DNA of 22,480 bases, from contig JBHHVU010000052.1 of the NCBI GenBank assembly GCA_046754465.1, positions 1 to 22,480 of the forward strand. Direction: 5' to 3'. This document shows, one piece after another, positions 6,409 through 15,716 of this stretch. Below the pieces are notes generated by a model that had not been told where the DNA came from, did not search any database, and was given only the letters and a program-made list of their open reading frames with translations. Both the position numbers and the translations under genes were made by a program. This stretch comes from Nitrospinaceae bacterium (GTDB lineage Bacteria; Nitrospinota; Nitrospinia; Nitrospinales; VA-1). The stretch's first letter is position 1, and each line of letters begins with the position of its first letter.

Positions 6409-6609
6409 ATGGAAGTCAACAAGATCAAGATCGAAATACGGAAACACCATGTGACGCCGGGAATAAATGTTTTGGACCTTATCGTAGACGCCAATGGTGA
6501 AAAGATAATCAAGCAGACCCAGCACAAGGATACCGACCAGGCTTTTCAGAAATTCGTCAAGGAGGCCATCCGCATCGCCAAGGAACTCGCCGAGGCCAGG
6601 ATCGAATAA
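6409..6609 (+). CDS. Small hypothetical protein (66 aa)
   Basis: GGAG RBS before ATG 6409; host-like codon usage; MEVNKIKIEIRKHHVTPGINVLDLIVDANG... Confidence 0.7.
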   Translation: MEVNKIKIEIRKHHVTPGINVLDLIVDANGEKIIKQTQHKDTDQAFQKFVKEAIRIAKELAEARIE

Positions 6610-6778
6610 TCCCTCCAAGCCCAAAGTCCGGCACCCGCTCCCCGCATCGCGGGACGTTTCAGGAGGTTCCCGCCCCGGCGGGTCCCGCGTCCGCGCACCC
6701 GCGCCCAAAACTTTCCCTATTCATATCAAAAAGCCAAAAGATGGATTGAAATTCTAGGGGGGAGTGTGTGAATGCCGG

Positions 6779-7840
6779 TCAGGAGACCCCATCCCTCTTG
6801 ACATTCATTTTCTTGAGTTTTTCCACGAGGGTGGTGCGGTTGAGACCGAGCAGGTTGGCCGCCTTGTTTTTGACCCAGTCGGTTTTTTCGAGGGCTTCCA
6901 GAATGAGTTCCCGTTCGAAATCCTCAACCGCCATTTTCAGGTTCATTCCCTCGTCGGGCACACCGGCGAAAATGGATTTTCTAAGAGAGTTTTGCAGCAT
7001 CTCGGTGGGACGTTCATTGATGACGGGTTCCTCCAGGGGCGTCCATTTTTCTTTCGGGGTTTCTCCCAGGACCTTTTCGGGTAAATCGCGGGGGGAGATC
7101 ACGGAGCCCGAACTCAAAACCACCATCCGCTCAATAAAATTCGCCAGCTCCCGGATGTTCCCCGGCCAGGAATAATTGACAAGGATGTCCACCGCCTCCT
7201 GGCTGATGGTTTTGCAGATTTTATTTTTCGTCTCATTGAACCGGCCGAGGAAATGTTCCACGAGAAGAGGGATGTCCGACCGCCGCTCCCGTAACGGCGG
7301 CATGAAAATGGGAATGATGTTGAGCCGGTAATACAGGTCTTCCCGGAAGCGCCCGTTCTGGACGGCGTGTTCCAGATTACAGTGCGTGGCGGCGATGACG
7401 CGGACATCGATGGGAATCGACTTACTGCCGCCGATCCGGTCGATTTCCCGCTCGGACAACACTCGCAGGAGCTTGACCTGGAGCGTGAGCGGCATATCCC
7501 CGATTTCATCGAGGAAGATGGTTCCCTCGTGGGCCAGTTCCATGCGCCCGACCCGGGTGTTGCCCGCCCCGGTGAACGCGCCCTTCTCATAGCCGAACAG
7601 CTCGCTTTCCAGAAGTTCATGGGGAATCGCGGCGCAATTGACGGCGATGAACGATTTCCGGGACCGGGGACTGTTCAAATGCAGCGCCCGCGCGATCAAC
7701 TCCTTGCCGGTTCCGCTTTCCCCAAAGATCATCACCGTGCTGTCGGTACCCGCCGCTTTCTCCACCACTTCGAAGACTTCGCGAATGGGCTTGCTTTCGC
7801 CGATGATCTGGAAGGAGTCTGTTCGCAAATTTATTTTCAT
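6779..7840 (-). CDS. sigma54-dependent transcriptional activator (AAA+ plus Fis HTH) lacking an N-terminal regulatory domain; FleQ/FlrA-like
   Basis: GESGTGKE Walker A, ESELFGYEKGAFTGA, FLDEIG, WPGNIREL, and C-terminal KNKAANLLGLNRTTLVEKLKK. Confidence 0.93.
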   Translation of the reverse strand: MKINLRTDSFQIIGESKPIREVFEVVEKAAGTDSTVMIFGESGTGKELIARALHLNSPRSRKSFIAVNCAAIPHELLESELFGYEKGAFTGAGNTRVGRMELAHEGTIFLDEIGDMPLTLQVKLLRVLSEREIDRIGGSKSIPIDVRVIAATHCNLEHAVQNGRFREDLYYRLNIIPIFMPPLRERRSDIPLLVEHFLGRFNETKNKICKTISQEAVDILVNYSWPGNIRELANFIERMVVLSSGSVISPRDLPEKVLGETPKEKWTPLEEPVINERPTEMLQNSLRKSIFAGVPDEGMNLKMAVEDFERELILEALEKTDWVKNKAANLLGLNRTTLVEKLKKMNVKRDGVS

Positions 7841-7852
7841 AAACTGAAAATC

Positions 7853-7880
7853 ATTATAGTCAGAACCCGGTGTTTGTCAA
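7853..7880 (-). promoter_or_regulatory. Consensus sigma70 promoter of the sigma54 activator
   Basis: TTGACA-N16-TATAAT, with the -10 ending 12 nt before the ATG. Confidence 0.8.
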
Positions 7881-8023
7881 AAAAAAGCCCCGCGGGAAAT
7901 AGGAACCCATTGCCTTTTCACCCTTCCCGATTTCCGTATCCGAAAATAACACAGGGCTTTCGGAAAACTGAGATGCCGAACCCGGGCCGTTTTTTTTCTT
8001 GCCGGATTTTTCAACGGGCGCTC

Positions 8024-9400
8024 TCATTTGCCGATACAAAATTCGCCGAAGATCCGGTCCAGCAAATCCTCGCCGAAAGTTTTGCCGAGAAGGTTCCCGA
8101 TTTGTTCCAGAGCCAGGGTGACATCCACCGCCACGAACTCTTCCGACAATCCTTTTTCCAGGGAAGCGCCCGCTTTTTCCAGGGAGTCTCGGGCTTCGGC
8201 CAGGCATCGGCGGTGGCGTTCGCGGGTGATGATCACCGGCTCCTCCAACCGTTGTCCCCCCATCGCGAAATCATAAATGGCATCGAAAAGCCGGGGCAGT
8301 CCCATCCCCTCCGTCGCGGAAATTTTGAGGACCGGTTCACCGGGGAACCGCGCCTTTAGCTCACTCTCTTCCATTCTTTGCGGCAGGTCGGTTTTGTTCA
8401 TGAGGATCAGCCTGGATTTATTCCCCACTTCCCGGATCAGGAGATCGTCGTTGGCGTCCAGGGGGCGGGAGGCGTCGAAAACAGCCAGGGCCAGGCCGGC
8501 CCGGGCCAGGGCCGCGCGCGCCCTTTGAATCCCTTGTTCCTCAATGAGGTCCGGGTTCTCCCGCAATCCCGCCGCGTCGACGATGTTGATGTGAACGTCC
8601 TTGATGCGCACCCTCTCCTCCAGGGTATCGCGGGTGGTTCCGGGAATGGAGGTTACGATGGCCCGGTCCTCCTGCAACAGGGCATTGAGCAGGCTGGATT
8701 TACCCACATTGGGTTTTCCCACCAGGGCGACAGCCACCCCCTCGCGGAAAATTTTTCCCTGGCGGTAAGTTCGTATCAACGACTCCAGGGCCTGACTCAG
8801 GATGTGGATTCCTTCCCGCGTTTCATCCCGGCTTTGAAAACTGAGGTCATCTTCGGGAAAGTCGATGGCCGCCTCCAACTGGGCCAGGACCGCCAGCAAC
8901 CGGTCATACATTTCATTCAGGCGGGCCGAAAGGTCTCCCTTGAGTTGCGAGACGGCTGACCGCAAGGCGCGTTCCGAGGAAGCGGCGATCACATCCGCGA
9001 CCGCTTCCGCCTGGGACAGGTCGATACGGCCGTTGAGAAAAGCGCGCCGCGTGAATTCGCCGGGTTCCGCCAACCGCGCTCCCTGGTCCAGAATCAATCC
9101 CAGAATCCGGGAAGAAACGAAAACCCCTCCATGCGCGCTGATCTCCACCACGTCCTCCGCCGTATAGCTCCTGGGTCCCTGGAACCAAGTCAGCAAAACC
9201 TCGTCCACGCATTGGCCGGCGCCCGGTTGGCGAATCTCACCGAAATAGACATGATGGGGAGAAAAATCCTGGACCTCCAAACCGCTCGAGGCATGAAACA
9301 GGGTGGAGGCTATGGCCAGAGCCCGTTTTCCGCTGATGCGGATCAGGCTGACCCCCCCCTCCCCCACGGGGGTGGCGATGGCTGTGATCGTATCGCTCAT
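8024..9400 (-). CDS. mnmE: tRNA modification GTPase MnmE (TrmE)
   Basis: DTITAIATP, GEFTRRAFLNGRIDLSQAEA, GKPNVGKSSLLN, GTTRD, C-terminal FCIGK. Confidence 0.98.
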   Translation of the reverse strand: MSDTITAIATPVGEGGVSLIRISGKRALAIASTLFHASSGLEVQDFSPHHVYFGEIRQPGAGQCVDEVLLTWFQGPRSYTAEDVVEISAHGGVFVSSRILGLILDQGARLAEPGEFTRRAFLNGRIDLSQAEAVADVIAASSERALRSAVSQLKGDLSARLNEMYDRLLAVLAQLEAAIDFPEDDLSFQSRDETREGIHILSQALESLIRTYRQGKIFREGVAVALVGKPNVGKSSLLNALLQEDRAIVTSIPGTTRDTLEERVRIKDVHINIVDAAGLRENPDLIEEQGIQRARAALARAGLALAVFDASRPLDANDDLLIREVGNKSRLILMNKTDLPQRMEESELKARFPGEPVLKISATEGMGLPRLFDAIYDFAMGGQRLEEPVIITRERHRRCLAEARDSLEKAGASLEKGLSEEFVAVDVTLALEQIGNLLGKTFGEDLLDRIFGEFCIGK

Positions 9401-9475
9401 GGGCTCCCGGGAACGGCTCCGGCGGTAACATTGATCTTTTGGTTTCCCCTTACTTTTGTTCAGGCGATACCCGTG

Positions 9476-11125
9476 CTAATCCTTGGCGACCCGGTAAATA
9501 TAAAACTGTTGAGCAATCGTCAAAAGGTTGTTCACGGTCCAGTAGATCACGAGGCCCGAGGGAAAGGAAACAAACAAAAAAGTGAAAACGATAGGCAGAA
9601 ACATCATCATTTTCTGCTGGATGGGATCCCCCATGGAAGGCGTCATCTTTTGCTGGAGAAACATGGTCGCCCCCATGAGGACCGGGGTGACGTAATAGGG
9701 GTCACGCACGGAAAGATCCGTAATCCAGCCCATGAACGGCGCGCCGCGCAGCTCGATGGAAAAAAACAGCGTGTGGTACAGAGCGATGAACACCGGAATC
9801 TGCAGCAACATGGGAAGACAGCCCCCCAGGGGATTCACCTTGTACTTCTTGTAGAGCTCGAGCATCTCTTCATTCATCTTCGTCCGGTTGCCCTTGTTCC
9901 GTTCCTGGATAACCTTGATGTAGGGCTGGATTTTCCGCATCCCTTTCATCGACTTGAAGCTTTTATGAGTCAACGGAAAGAACAGCACCTTTATGATGAC
10001 CGTTAATATGATAATCGACCAGCCGTAATTGTTGGTCATCCCGTGAAAAAAATCGAGGGTCTTGAGAAGAGGTTTCACAAGAAAAGCGAATTTGTTGCCC
10101 AGCCATCCATAATCCAGCAACCGCACCAGTTTGTGGCCGGAGTCTTCCAGCAACTGCAACTGCTTGGTCCCGGCATACAGGAGAAGGGTGGTCGAGGCGG
10201 CGGATTGCACGGTTTCAAAATCCAGGCCGATGTATAGAGCCTCCCCTTTCTTTTCCACCAGGGCGGACTTGATCCCTTGCCGCGGAATGAGGGCCACGGC
10301 GAAGTATTTATTCTGGAATGCCGTCCAATTCAGATCGCCGCGAAAACGCACCTCGCCGTTGATGTCCTCCGCCGGGGATTCGATGCGTTCGTTGTTGTTC
10401 AAGGTCGTGGGACCTGAAAAAACGAAATAATCGGTTTGGGAACTCACCTTCCCCCCCATCGACGGTCCCCATATGACCTCATACCGCTGGTCCGGCCCTC
10501 CAACTGTTGGAGGGGCGTTGATCCGGGTTTTAACTTCCACAAGAAAGTGATTGAACTGAAAAATAAACTCGCGCACCACATCCAGTCCGGATGCGTGTTT
10601 CAGATGCAACGTCAGCTTGCCGACGGGATTGGATTCCGACAACACCAGCGATTGGGTGGACGGTTGGTAATAACCGTTTTGCAATATGCGGGTCACCGCC
10701 GGGTCGGTGGATTCCAGGGACAGCGGCCAGGCGGCTCCATTCGGATGGTTAACGAGATCGACAGTCGTCCCATCGTCATCATGGTATTCAGGAAGCAGAA
10801 TATTGCGCAGGTTGCCTCCCCTGGTGGAAAATACCAGCGTGGCCCGACCGGTAGACACCCTCACCAATTCTTCCTTAACTTGAACCAGGGGTTCGGGAAG
10901 GGCGGCGGAAGGAGGCTGCATGGGCGCATCCTCCTGCATCGGGACCGGCGCCTGCGTTCCCATTTCAGGGGGACGGACGCCGGCCGGCGGCGGCGTTTTC
11001 TCCGCCTGCCCGGGAACCTCCGCCTTCTTCTCGGGAGGAGGTCCCTGGATAACCGAAAGGAAATATCCCCAGCCCACGAATATGACCAACGACAAAATGA
11101 AGGCGAGTAAAACCCTGTTTTCCAA
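9476..11125 (-). CDS. yidC: Membrane protein insertase YidC
   Basis: N-terminal TM, periplasmic domain, NYGWSIIILT, NPLGGCLPMLLQIP, PSGLVIYWTVNN. Confidence 0.97.
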   Translation of the reverse strand: MENRVLLAFILSLVIFVGWGYFLSVIQGPPPEKKAEVPGQAEKTPPPAGVRPPEMGTQAPVPMQEDAPMQPPSAALPEPLVQVKEELVRVSTGRATLVFSTRGGNLRNILLPEYHDDDGTTVDLVNHPNGAAWPLSLESTDPAVTRILQNGYYQPSTQSLVLSESNPVGKLTLHLKHASGLDVVREFIFQFNHFLVEVKTRINAPPTVGGPDQRYEVIWGPSMGGKVSSQTDYFVFSGPTTLNNNERIESPAEDINGEVRFRGDLNWTAFQNKYFAVALIPRQGIKSALVEKKGEALYIGLDFETVQSAASTTLLLYAGTKQLQLLEDSGHKLVRLLDYGWLGNKFAFLVKPLLKTLDFFHGMTNNYGWSIIILTVIIKVLFFPLTHKSFKSMKGMRKIQPYIKVIQERNKGNRTKMNEEMLELYKKYKVNPLGGCLPMLLQIPVFIALYHTLFFSIELRGAPFMGWITDLSVRDPYYVTPVLMGATMFLQQKMTPSMGDPIQQKMMMFLPIVFTFLFVSFPSGLVIYWTVNNLLTIAQQFYIYRVAKD

Positions 11126-11154
11126 TTCAGTTCTCCACGGTTGGCATCAATAAA

Positions 11155-11367
11155 TTATTTCAAGGGGTCGGCCCCGCCCTCGTGATAGGGGTGACATTTC
11201 AACAATCGCATAAAAATCCGGCCCACGGCCCGGAACAGGCTGAACCGATCCAATGCCTGCACCGCGTATTCCGAACAACTGGGGTAAAACCTGCAGGAGG
11301 GCGCTAGAAAAGGCGAAATCCCTTTCTGATACATTTTCAGCGTGAAAATAAAAAAACGGTTCAACAT
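11155..11367 (-). CDS. yidD: Membrane protein insertion efficiency factor YidD
   Basis: YQKGISP..APSCRFYPSCSEYA...KCHPYHEGGADP. Confidence 0.95.
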   Translation of the reverse strand: MLNRFFIFTLKMYQKGISPFLAPSCRFYPSCSEYAVQALDRFSLFRAVGRIFMRLLKCHPYHEGGADPLK

Positions 11368-11402
11368 GAAATTTAAGGACCTGTTACCTGGGGCGGGGAA
11401 AA

Positions 11403-11756
11403 TTATAAGGTTTTTGATTTAGTCAGAAGAATTTCCGAAAATTTTTTTTCAAGAATTGAAAAGGGAAGGGGAGCCAAATCCTTTCCTGAAATCACGACGA
11501 TATCTATCGGCGAACGAATGCGGCCTTTCAGGTGGCGGAACACCTCTCGAATTTTCCGTTTGGCGCGGTTACGGATCGGGGAATTACCGATTTTCCTGGA
11601 TGCGATGATACCCAGCCTGCTTCTGTTTAATCCGTTGGGGCTTAAAAAGAGGATACAAATGCGGTCAATTCTTGTTTTCTGGCCCTCGGCCATGACCCGT
11701 TCGAATTCGGGCCGTTTGGCCAGCCTTTCATCTTTTTTAAAGGTGAACCGGCCCAT
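11403..11756 (-). CDS. rnpA: Ribonuclease P protein component
   Basis: ERLAKRPEF, RLGIIASRKIGN..RNRAKRKIRE (RNR motif); operon position. Confidence 0.95.
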   Translation of the reverse strand: MGRFTFKKDERLAKRPEFERVMAEGQKTRIDRICILFLSPNGLNRSRLGIIASRKIGNSPIRNRAKRKIREVFRHLKGRIRSPIDIVVISGKDLAPLPFSILEKKFSEILLTKSKTL

Positions 11757-11759
11757 GGA

Positions 11760-11894
11760 TCAGACAGCCAGTTTTTTTCGGCCCTTCCTTCTTCGGTTGG
11801 CCAATACCCTCCTGCCGCCTACCGTGGAGTTTCTTTTCCGGAACCCGTGCGTTCGTTTCCGCCGCAGGTTTTTTGGTTGATACGTTCGCTTCAT
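11760..11894 (-). CDS. rpmH: 50S ribosomal protein L34
   Basis: Manual translation [44 protein letters not shown] (44 aa; absent from the ORF track). Confidence 0.98.
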   Translation of the reverse strand: MKRTYQPKNLRRKRTHGFRKRNSTVGGRRVLANRRRKGRKKLAV

Positions 11895-12004
11895 ACTAAC
11901 AAACCCCTCTTCCGGGACCTCTGGAATAATGAATCAATAATATATTAAATTTCAAAATCTTAAATCAATCGCGCGCCATGGTTTGGCTAGAATGATTTTA
12001 AGGA

Positions 12005-12033
12005 ATTATTTCACCCGCAAAATCCCTTGTCAA
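12005..12033 (-). promoter_or_regulatory. Probable sigma70 promoter of the rpmH operon
   Basis: TTGACA-N17-AATAAT with TG at the extended -10 position. Confidence 0.5.
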
Positions 12034-12226
12034 GCAAGTTTTCCGATTATTTTCTGCCAATTCAAACCTTTGGAACAGCAAACCCTTGCTTGGACCAAGA
12101 TGCCTTTCCGGCGGAAATTCCGTGGTTTCGCGCCCGAGGAAATTTCCCCCGGCGTTTTTTGTTAAATTTAATCGAATTTTGTTGTAACATATTTAAAATC
12201 AATAATAAAACCCTTACGGGGGGATC

Positions 12227-13816
12227 ATGACCGCTTTACAATTTAGCTTCTCCCATCGGAAACTCCTTCCACCCCGTTTCCAACCCAAGCCATGTTCCCG
12301 GCGCATCGGTTCATGGGCATTACTGGGGTTGATCGCGGCGTGGACTTTTTGTTTTCTCCCGGGCAGCGCCGCGGCGGAGCCGGACCAAAACACCCGCCGG
12401 GGAAAGGCCACCACCGAATCTTTCCAACCCCTGGAAACCGCGCAATTATCTCCCGGGCGGGTCAAGATTCTGGAAGGCCAACCTAAAACCACCGAAGGGA
12501 GCAAACTTCAGTTCACCGAAAACAAGTTGAAACAAGCGGGTTTCATCTTGCCGGAAACGAAACAGGTGGGAAAAATCATTGCGAATCTGGAAAATTACTA
12601 TACCTATTCAACCGGCGAAATCGTTTATATAGATATCGGCACGGAACAGGGAGTGCAAGCTGGGGACCGGTTCACCATCATAGCCAAGGACCATCCCGTT
12701 TTCCATCCGGTCATCCATGAGGAAAACCAAACAAGCGTTCCCGATTACCAAAGGAGCCCAGGAGAACCTTACCCTGCCTTTTTCTCCCACGCGGGAAAAT
12801 TCATGGGCTTTGTGGTAAACATTTTAGGGTACCTGGAAGTTCTGGAATCGACCCAGGGTTCCTCCAAAAGTGTGATCCGGGAAACTTATCGTCCCATTAG
12901 CGACGGGAGCCTCGTGACTCCTTACCGGAAAGTGGGGGACCCCCCGGCCTTTCCCGAGGTGAAACCCCCCCGGCCCGTCGAGGGTTACATGATCGCTTTT
13001 AGGAATGATCTATTTTACGGCGCATTGAACGATATTGTGTATATCGACATGGGACGAAACCAAAATGTGTCTCCCGGCGACCGGTTCGAAGTTTACACCG
13101 ATTTCATCCCGAGCAAAAAGGCCGGGTATGGATATGAGTCGGGACATACGCTCTCCATTCCCCATGTGGTCGGGGAAATACAGGTCATCGATACGGAAGA
13201 GGAAACCGCGACGGCCGTCATCACCCAAAGCTCAAGGCCACTTCCGCTGGGAAGCCACCTTCGATACAAACCGGTGGAAGTGGTGGCGCGTCCCTTGAAT
13301 GACGTCCTGGCCCTTCAGGAAGCCCCCTCGTACGAACCGGAGGATGTGGAAATCCCAATTGAAAAACCGGTGGAACCGAAGGAAGAGGAGCCCTTCGCAG
13401 TTATGGAGCCGCCCCCGGTGGAGCGGGAAGAGGGGCAGGCGGAATTATTGTCCTTTCGCCCCACCCAGGAACTGGCCGATGTTCACTTCCAGTTCGACAA
13501 ATGGGATCTCGACTCTATCTCCCAGGAAATCCTGCATAAAAACCTGGAATATCTGAAGGAGCATCCGGGGATGAAAGTACAAATCGAGGGGCATTGCGAC
13601 GAAAGGGGCACCAACAATTACAACCTGGCACTCGGAGAACGCCGGGCCGGCGCCGTCAAAAATTATCTAGCATCCCAGGGGATCGAGGAAGACCGGATGC
13701 ACCTGATCAGTTACGGGGAAGAGAAACCCCTCTGTTTCAAGAGTGAAGAAAACTGCTGGCGCCAGAATCGCAGGGTCCATTTTTTGATCAATGACGCGGC
13801 CGAGAGCGTCAATTAG
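12227..13816 (+). CDS. Exported protein with two FlgT-C/TsaP-like beta domains and a C-terminal OmpA/Pal peptidoglycan-binding domain
   Basis: Signal peptide ending SAAA-EP. Repeated [18 protein letters not shown] and [18 protein letters not shown]. Pro/Glu linker, then [43 protein letters not shown]. Confidence 0.88.
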   Translation: MTALQFSFSHRKLLPPRFQPKPCSRRIGSWALLGLIAAWTFCFLPGSAAAEPDQNTRRGKATTESFQPLETAQLSPGRVKILEGQPKTTEGSKLQFTENKLKQAGFILPETKQVGKIIANLENYYTYSTGEIVYIDIGTEQGVQAGDRFTIIAKDHPVFHPVIHEENQTSVPDYQRSPGEPYPAFFSHAGKFMGFVVNILGYLEVLESTQGSSKSVIRETYRPISDGSLVTPYRKVGDPPAFPEVKPPRPVEGYMIAFRNDLFYGALNDIVYIDMGRNQNVSPGDRFEVYTDFIPSKKAGYGYESGHTLSIPHVVGEIQVIDTEEETATAVITQSSRPLPLGSHLRYKPVEVVARPLNDVLALQEAPSYEPEDVEIPIEKPVEPKEEEPFAVMEPPPVEREEGQAELLSFRPTQELADVHFQFDKWDLDSISQEILHKNLEYLKEHPGMKVQIEGHCDERGTNNYNLALGERRAGAVKNYLASQGIEEDRMHLISYGEEKPLCFKSEENCWRQNRRVHFLINDAAESVN

Positions 13817-15026
13817 CCCGGATTTTGAGGAATCTCTTCTTCCCGACCTTGATCAAGTATTCCTGATCTCCATCCAATTGCAGGGTGGCGTCTGAAACCC
13901 TCTTACCATTGACCGCGACCGCCCCCTGCTGAATCAGGCGGCGCGCCGCCGAGGTGCTGCTTGTCAGTGAATTTTCCGCGAGCACCTTGCAAATCCACCG
14001 TGGCTCCTTTCCCCAGACCGGGATTTCGGGAATATCTTCTGGAAGTTTCTTGTTGCGGAAAACATTTTCAAATTCCCCGGCGGCCTTTTCGGCCGCGGCG
14101 CCAGAGTGGTACCGCGTCACCATCTCCCGGGCCAGGCGCACCTTGGCATTTTTGGGATTGATTTTTCCCGAATCCGCCTGCCGTCGGAGGTCCTCCAGTT
14201 CCTGTTCCGGAACGTCGCTCAACAACTCATAATAACGCCACATCAATTCGTCGGAAATCGACATGATCTTACCGAACATTTCTCCCGGTGGGTCGAACAC
14301 GCCGATACTGTTTCCCAGGCTCTTGCTCATTTTTTGAACCCCGTCGGTTCCTTCCAACAGGGGTAGGGTGATGACCGTTTGCGGGGCCATGCCGTAAGCC
14401 CGCTGCAGATCCCTCCCCACAAGCAAGTTGAATTTCTGGTCGGTCCCCCCCAGTTCGACATCGGATTTCAGGGCGACCGAATCATACCCCTGAATGAGGG
14501 GATAGAGCAGTTCGTGGAGGGAAACCGGTAAATGTTTCGCCAACCGTTGTTGAAAATCGTCCCGTTCCAGCATTCGCGCCACCGTGTACTTTGCCGCGAG
14601 AGAAATCATATCCGCCGAGGTCAGCCGGTTCATCCACTCGCTGTTGTACTCGACGACGGTTTTTTCCTTATCCAGGATCAGGTAGACCTGTTCGAGATAG
14701 GTTTTCGCGTTTTCCTCGACCTCCTGCGGAGTCAGGCTCTTCCGGGTTTCCGACTTGCCCGTGGGATCGCCAATCATCCCGGTAAAATCCCCGACCAGGA
14801 AAATCACCTGGTGTCCGAGATCCTGAAACTGCTTCATCTTGTGCAGCAGCACGGTATGCCCCAGGTGGAGGTCCGGCGCCGTGGGGTCGAAGCCCGCCTT
14901 GACTCGAAGGGGCTTGCCTGCTTTAATGGATTTTTCCAATTGAGCGGCAAGTTCTTTCTCGTCGATGATTTCCGTGGTTCCCCGCCGGATAATTTTTAAC
15001 TGTTCTGATACAGGAAGCATAGACAA
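13809..15026 (-). CDS. tyrS: Tyrosine--tRNA ligase
   Basis: [35 protein letters not shown]-terminal S4 domain. Start may be ATG 15020. 3' end overlaps the convergent gene by 8 bp. Confidence 0.98.
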   Translation of the reverse strand: MSMLPVSEQLKIIRRGTTEIIDEKELAAQLEKSIKAGKPLRVKAGFDPTAPDLHLGHTVLLHKMKQFQDLGHQVIFLVGDFTGMIGDPTGKSETRKSLTPQEVEENAKTYLEQVYLILDKEKTVVEYNSEWMNRLTSADMISLAAKYTVARMLERDDFQQRLAKHLPVSLHELLYPLIQGYDSVALKSDVELGGTDQKFNLLVGRDLQRAYGMAPQTVITLPLLEGTDGVQKMSKSLGNSIGVFDPPGEMFGKIMSISDELMWRYYELLSDVPEQELEDLRRQADSGKINPKNAKVRLAREMVTRYHSGAAAEKAAGEFENVFRNKKLPEDIPEIPVWGKEPRWICKVLAENSLTSSTSAARRLIQQGAVAVNGKRVSDATLQLDGDQEYLIKVGKKRFLKIRAN

Positions 15027-15205
15027 CGGGAAGGTTCCTTCCGCAACCCAGGGCTCAAAAAAGGGAAGGGAAGGGAGCGGTTAAATTGCCCAAAGTGAAT
15101 TATCATACCTCAAGGCAAACGGGAAACCAAGGCGGCGCGGCAAGAAAAATTCATGGCAACCCATAACAACCTTTTGGGACACGCCGCGGCTCGGTATAAT
15201 GAGGC

Positions 15206-15634
15206 ATGGAACATTTTCAAGAAAAATCCCCGGAACATCCCGCCATGAAAATCATGAATCCGGAGTCCGGCAAATCCAAAGGGGCTTTTCAACAGATCTG
15301 GCACAATAAGTACCAGGCGGCCGCCTATGGATTTTTTGGGCTGAACCTGGTTTACGCCGGCCTGGCCTGGGAGTTCATGCCTCCCTTCATGAAAAGTTTT
15401 CCCAAGGAAATCTTCTGGACCGGATTCATGCTATTGATCCTGCTCCTTACGGTATTCATCTACAAGGGGAAAAAGAGGCTGGTTCAGATTCTCGCGGTGA
15501 TTTACGCTCTGCGCTCGGTGGGAGCGGGCGCCTTGTTGATCACCGGAAAATCCATTCCCGGCGTCCCTTATTTCCTTCCCTGTCTGATTTTGGCATTTTA
15601 TATATTGGGCCGGGCGGGCTGGGAGTGGCCTTGA
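15206..15634 (+). CDS. Hypothetical membrane protein (about 4 TM helices)
   Basis: Four hydrophobic segments; TATAAT at 15195-15200 immediately before the ATG. Confidence 0.75.
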   Translation: MEHFQEKSPEHPAMKIMNPESGKSKGAFQQIWHNKYQAAAYGFFGLNLVYAGLAWEFMPPFMKSFPKEIFWTGFMLLILLLTVFIYKGKKRLVQILAVIYALRSVGAGALLITGKSIPGVPYFLPCLILAFYILGRAGWEWP

Positions 15635-15716
15635 GGCCGGCCATGGGAATCACGGGGGCCACCCCCCTGCCCCGCCCGCCGAATTAAGAACGTTTCCTTA
15701 ACCTTTCGACGACACC

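Noticed and set aside
11895..12226. AT-rich region upstream of rpmH as oriC
   Set aside because: No TTATCCACA-type DnaA boxes found by eye and no dnaA; it is explained by divergent promoters.
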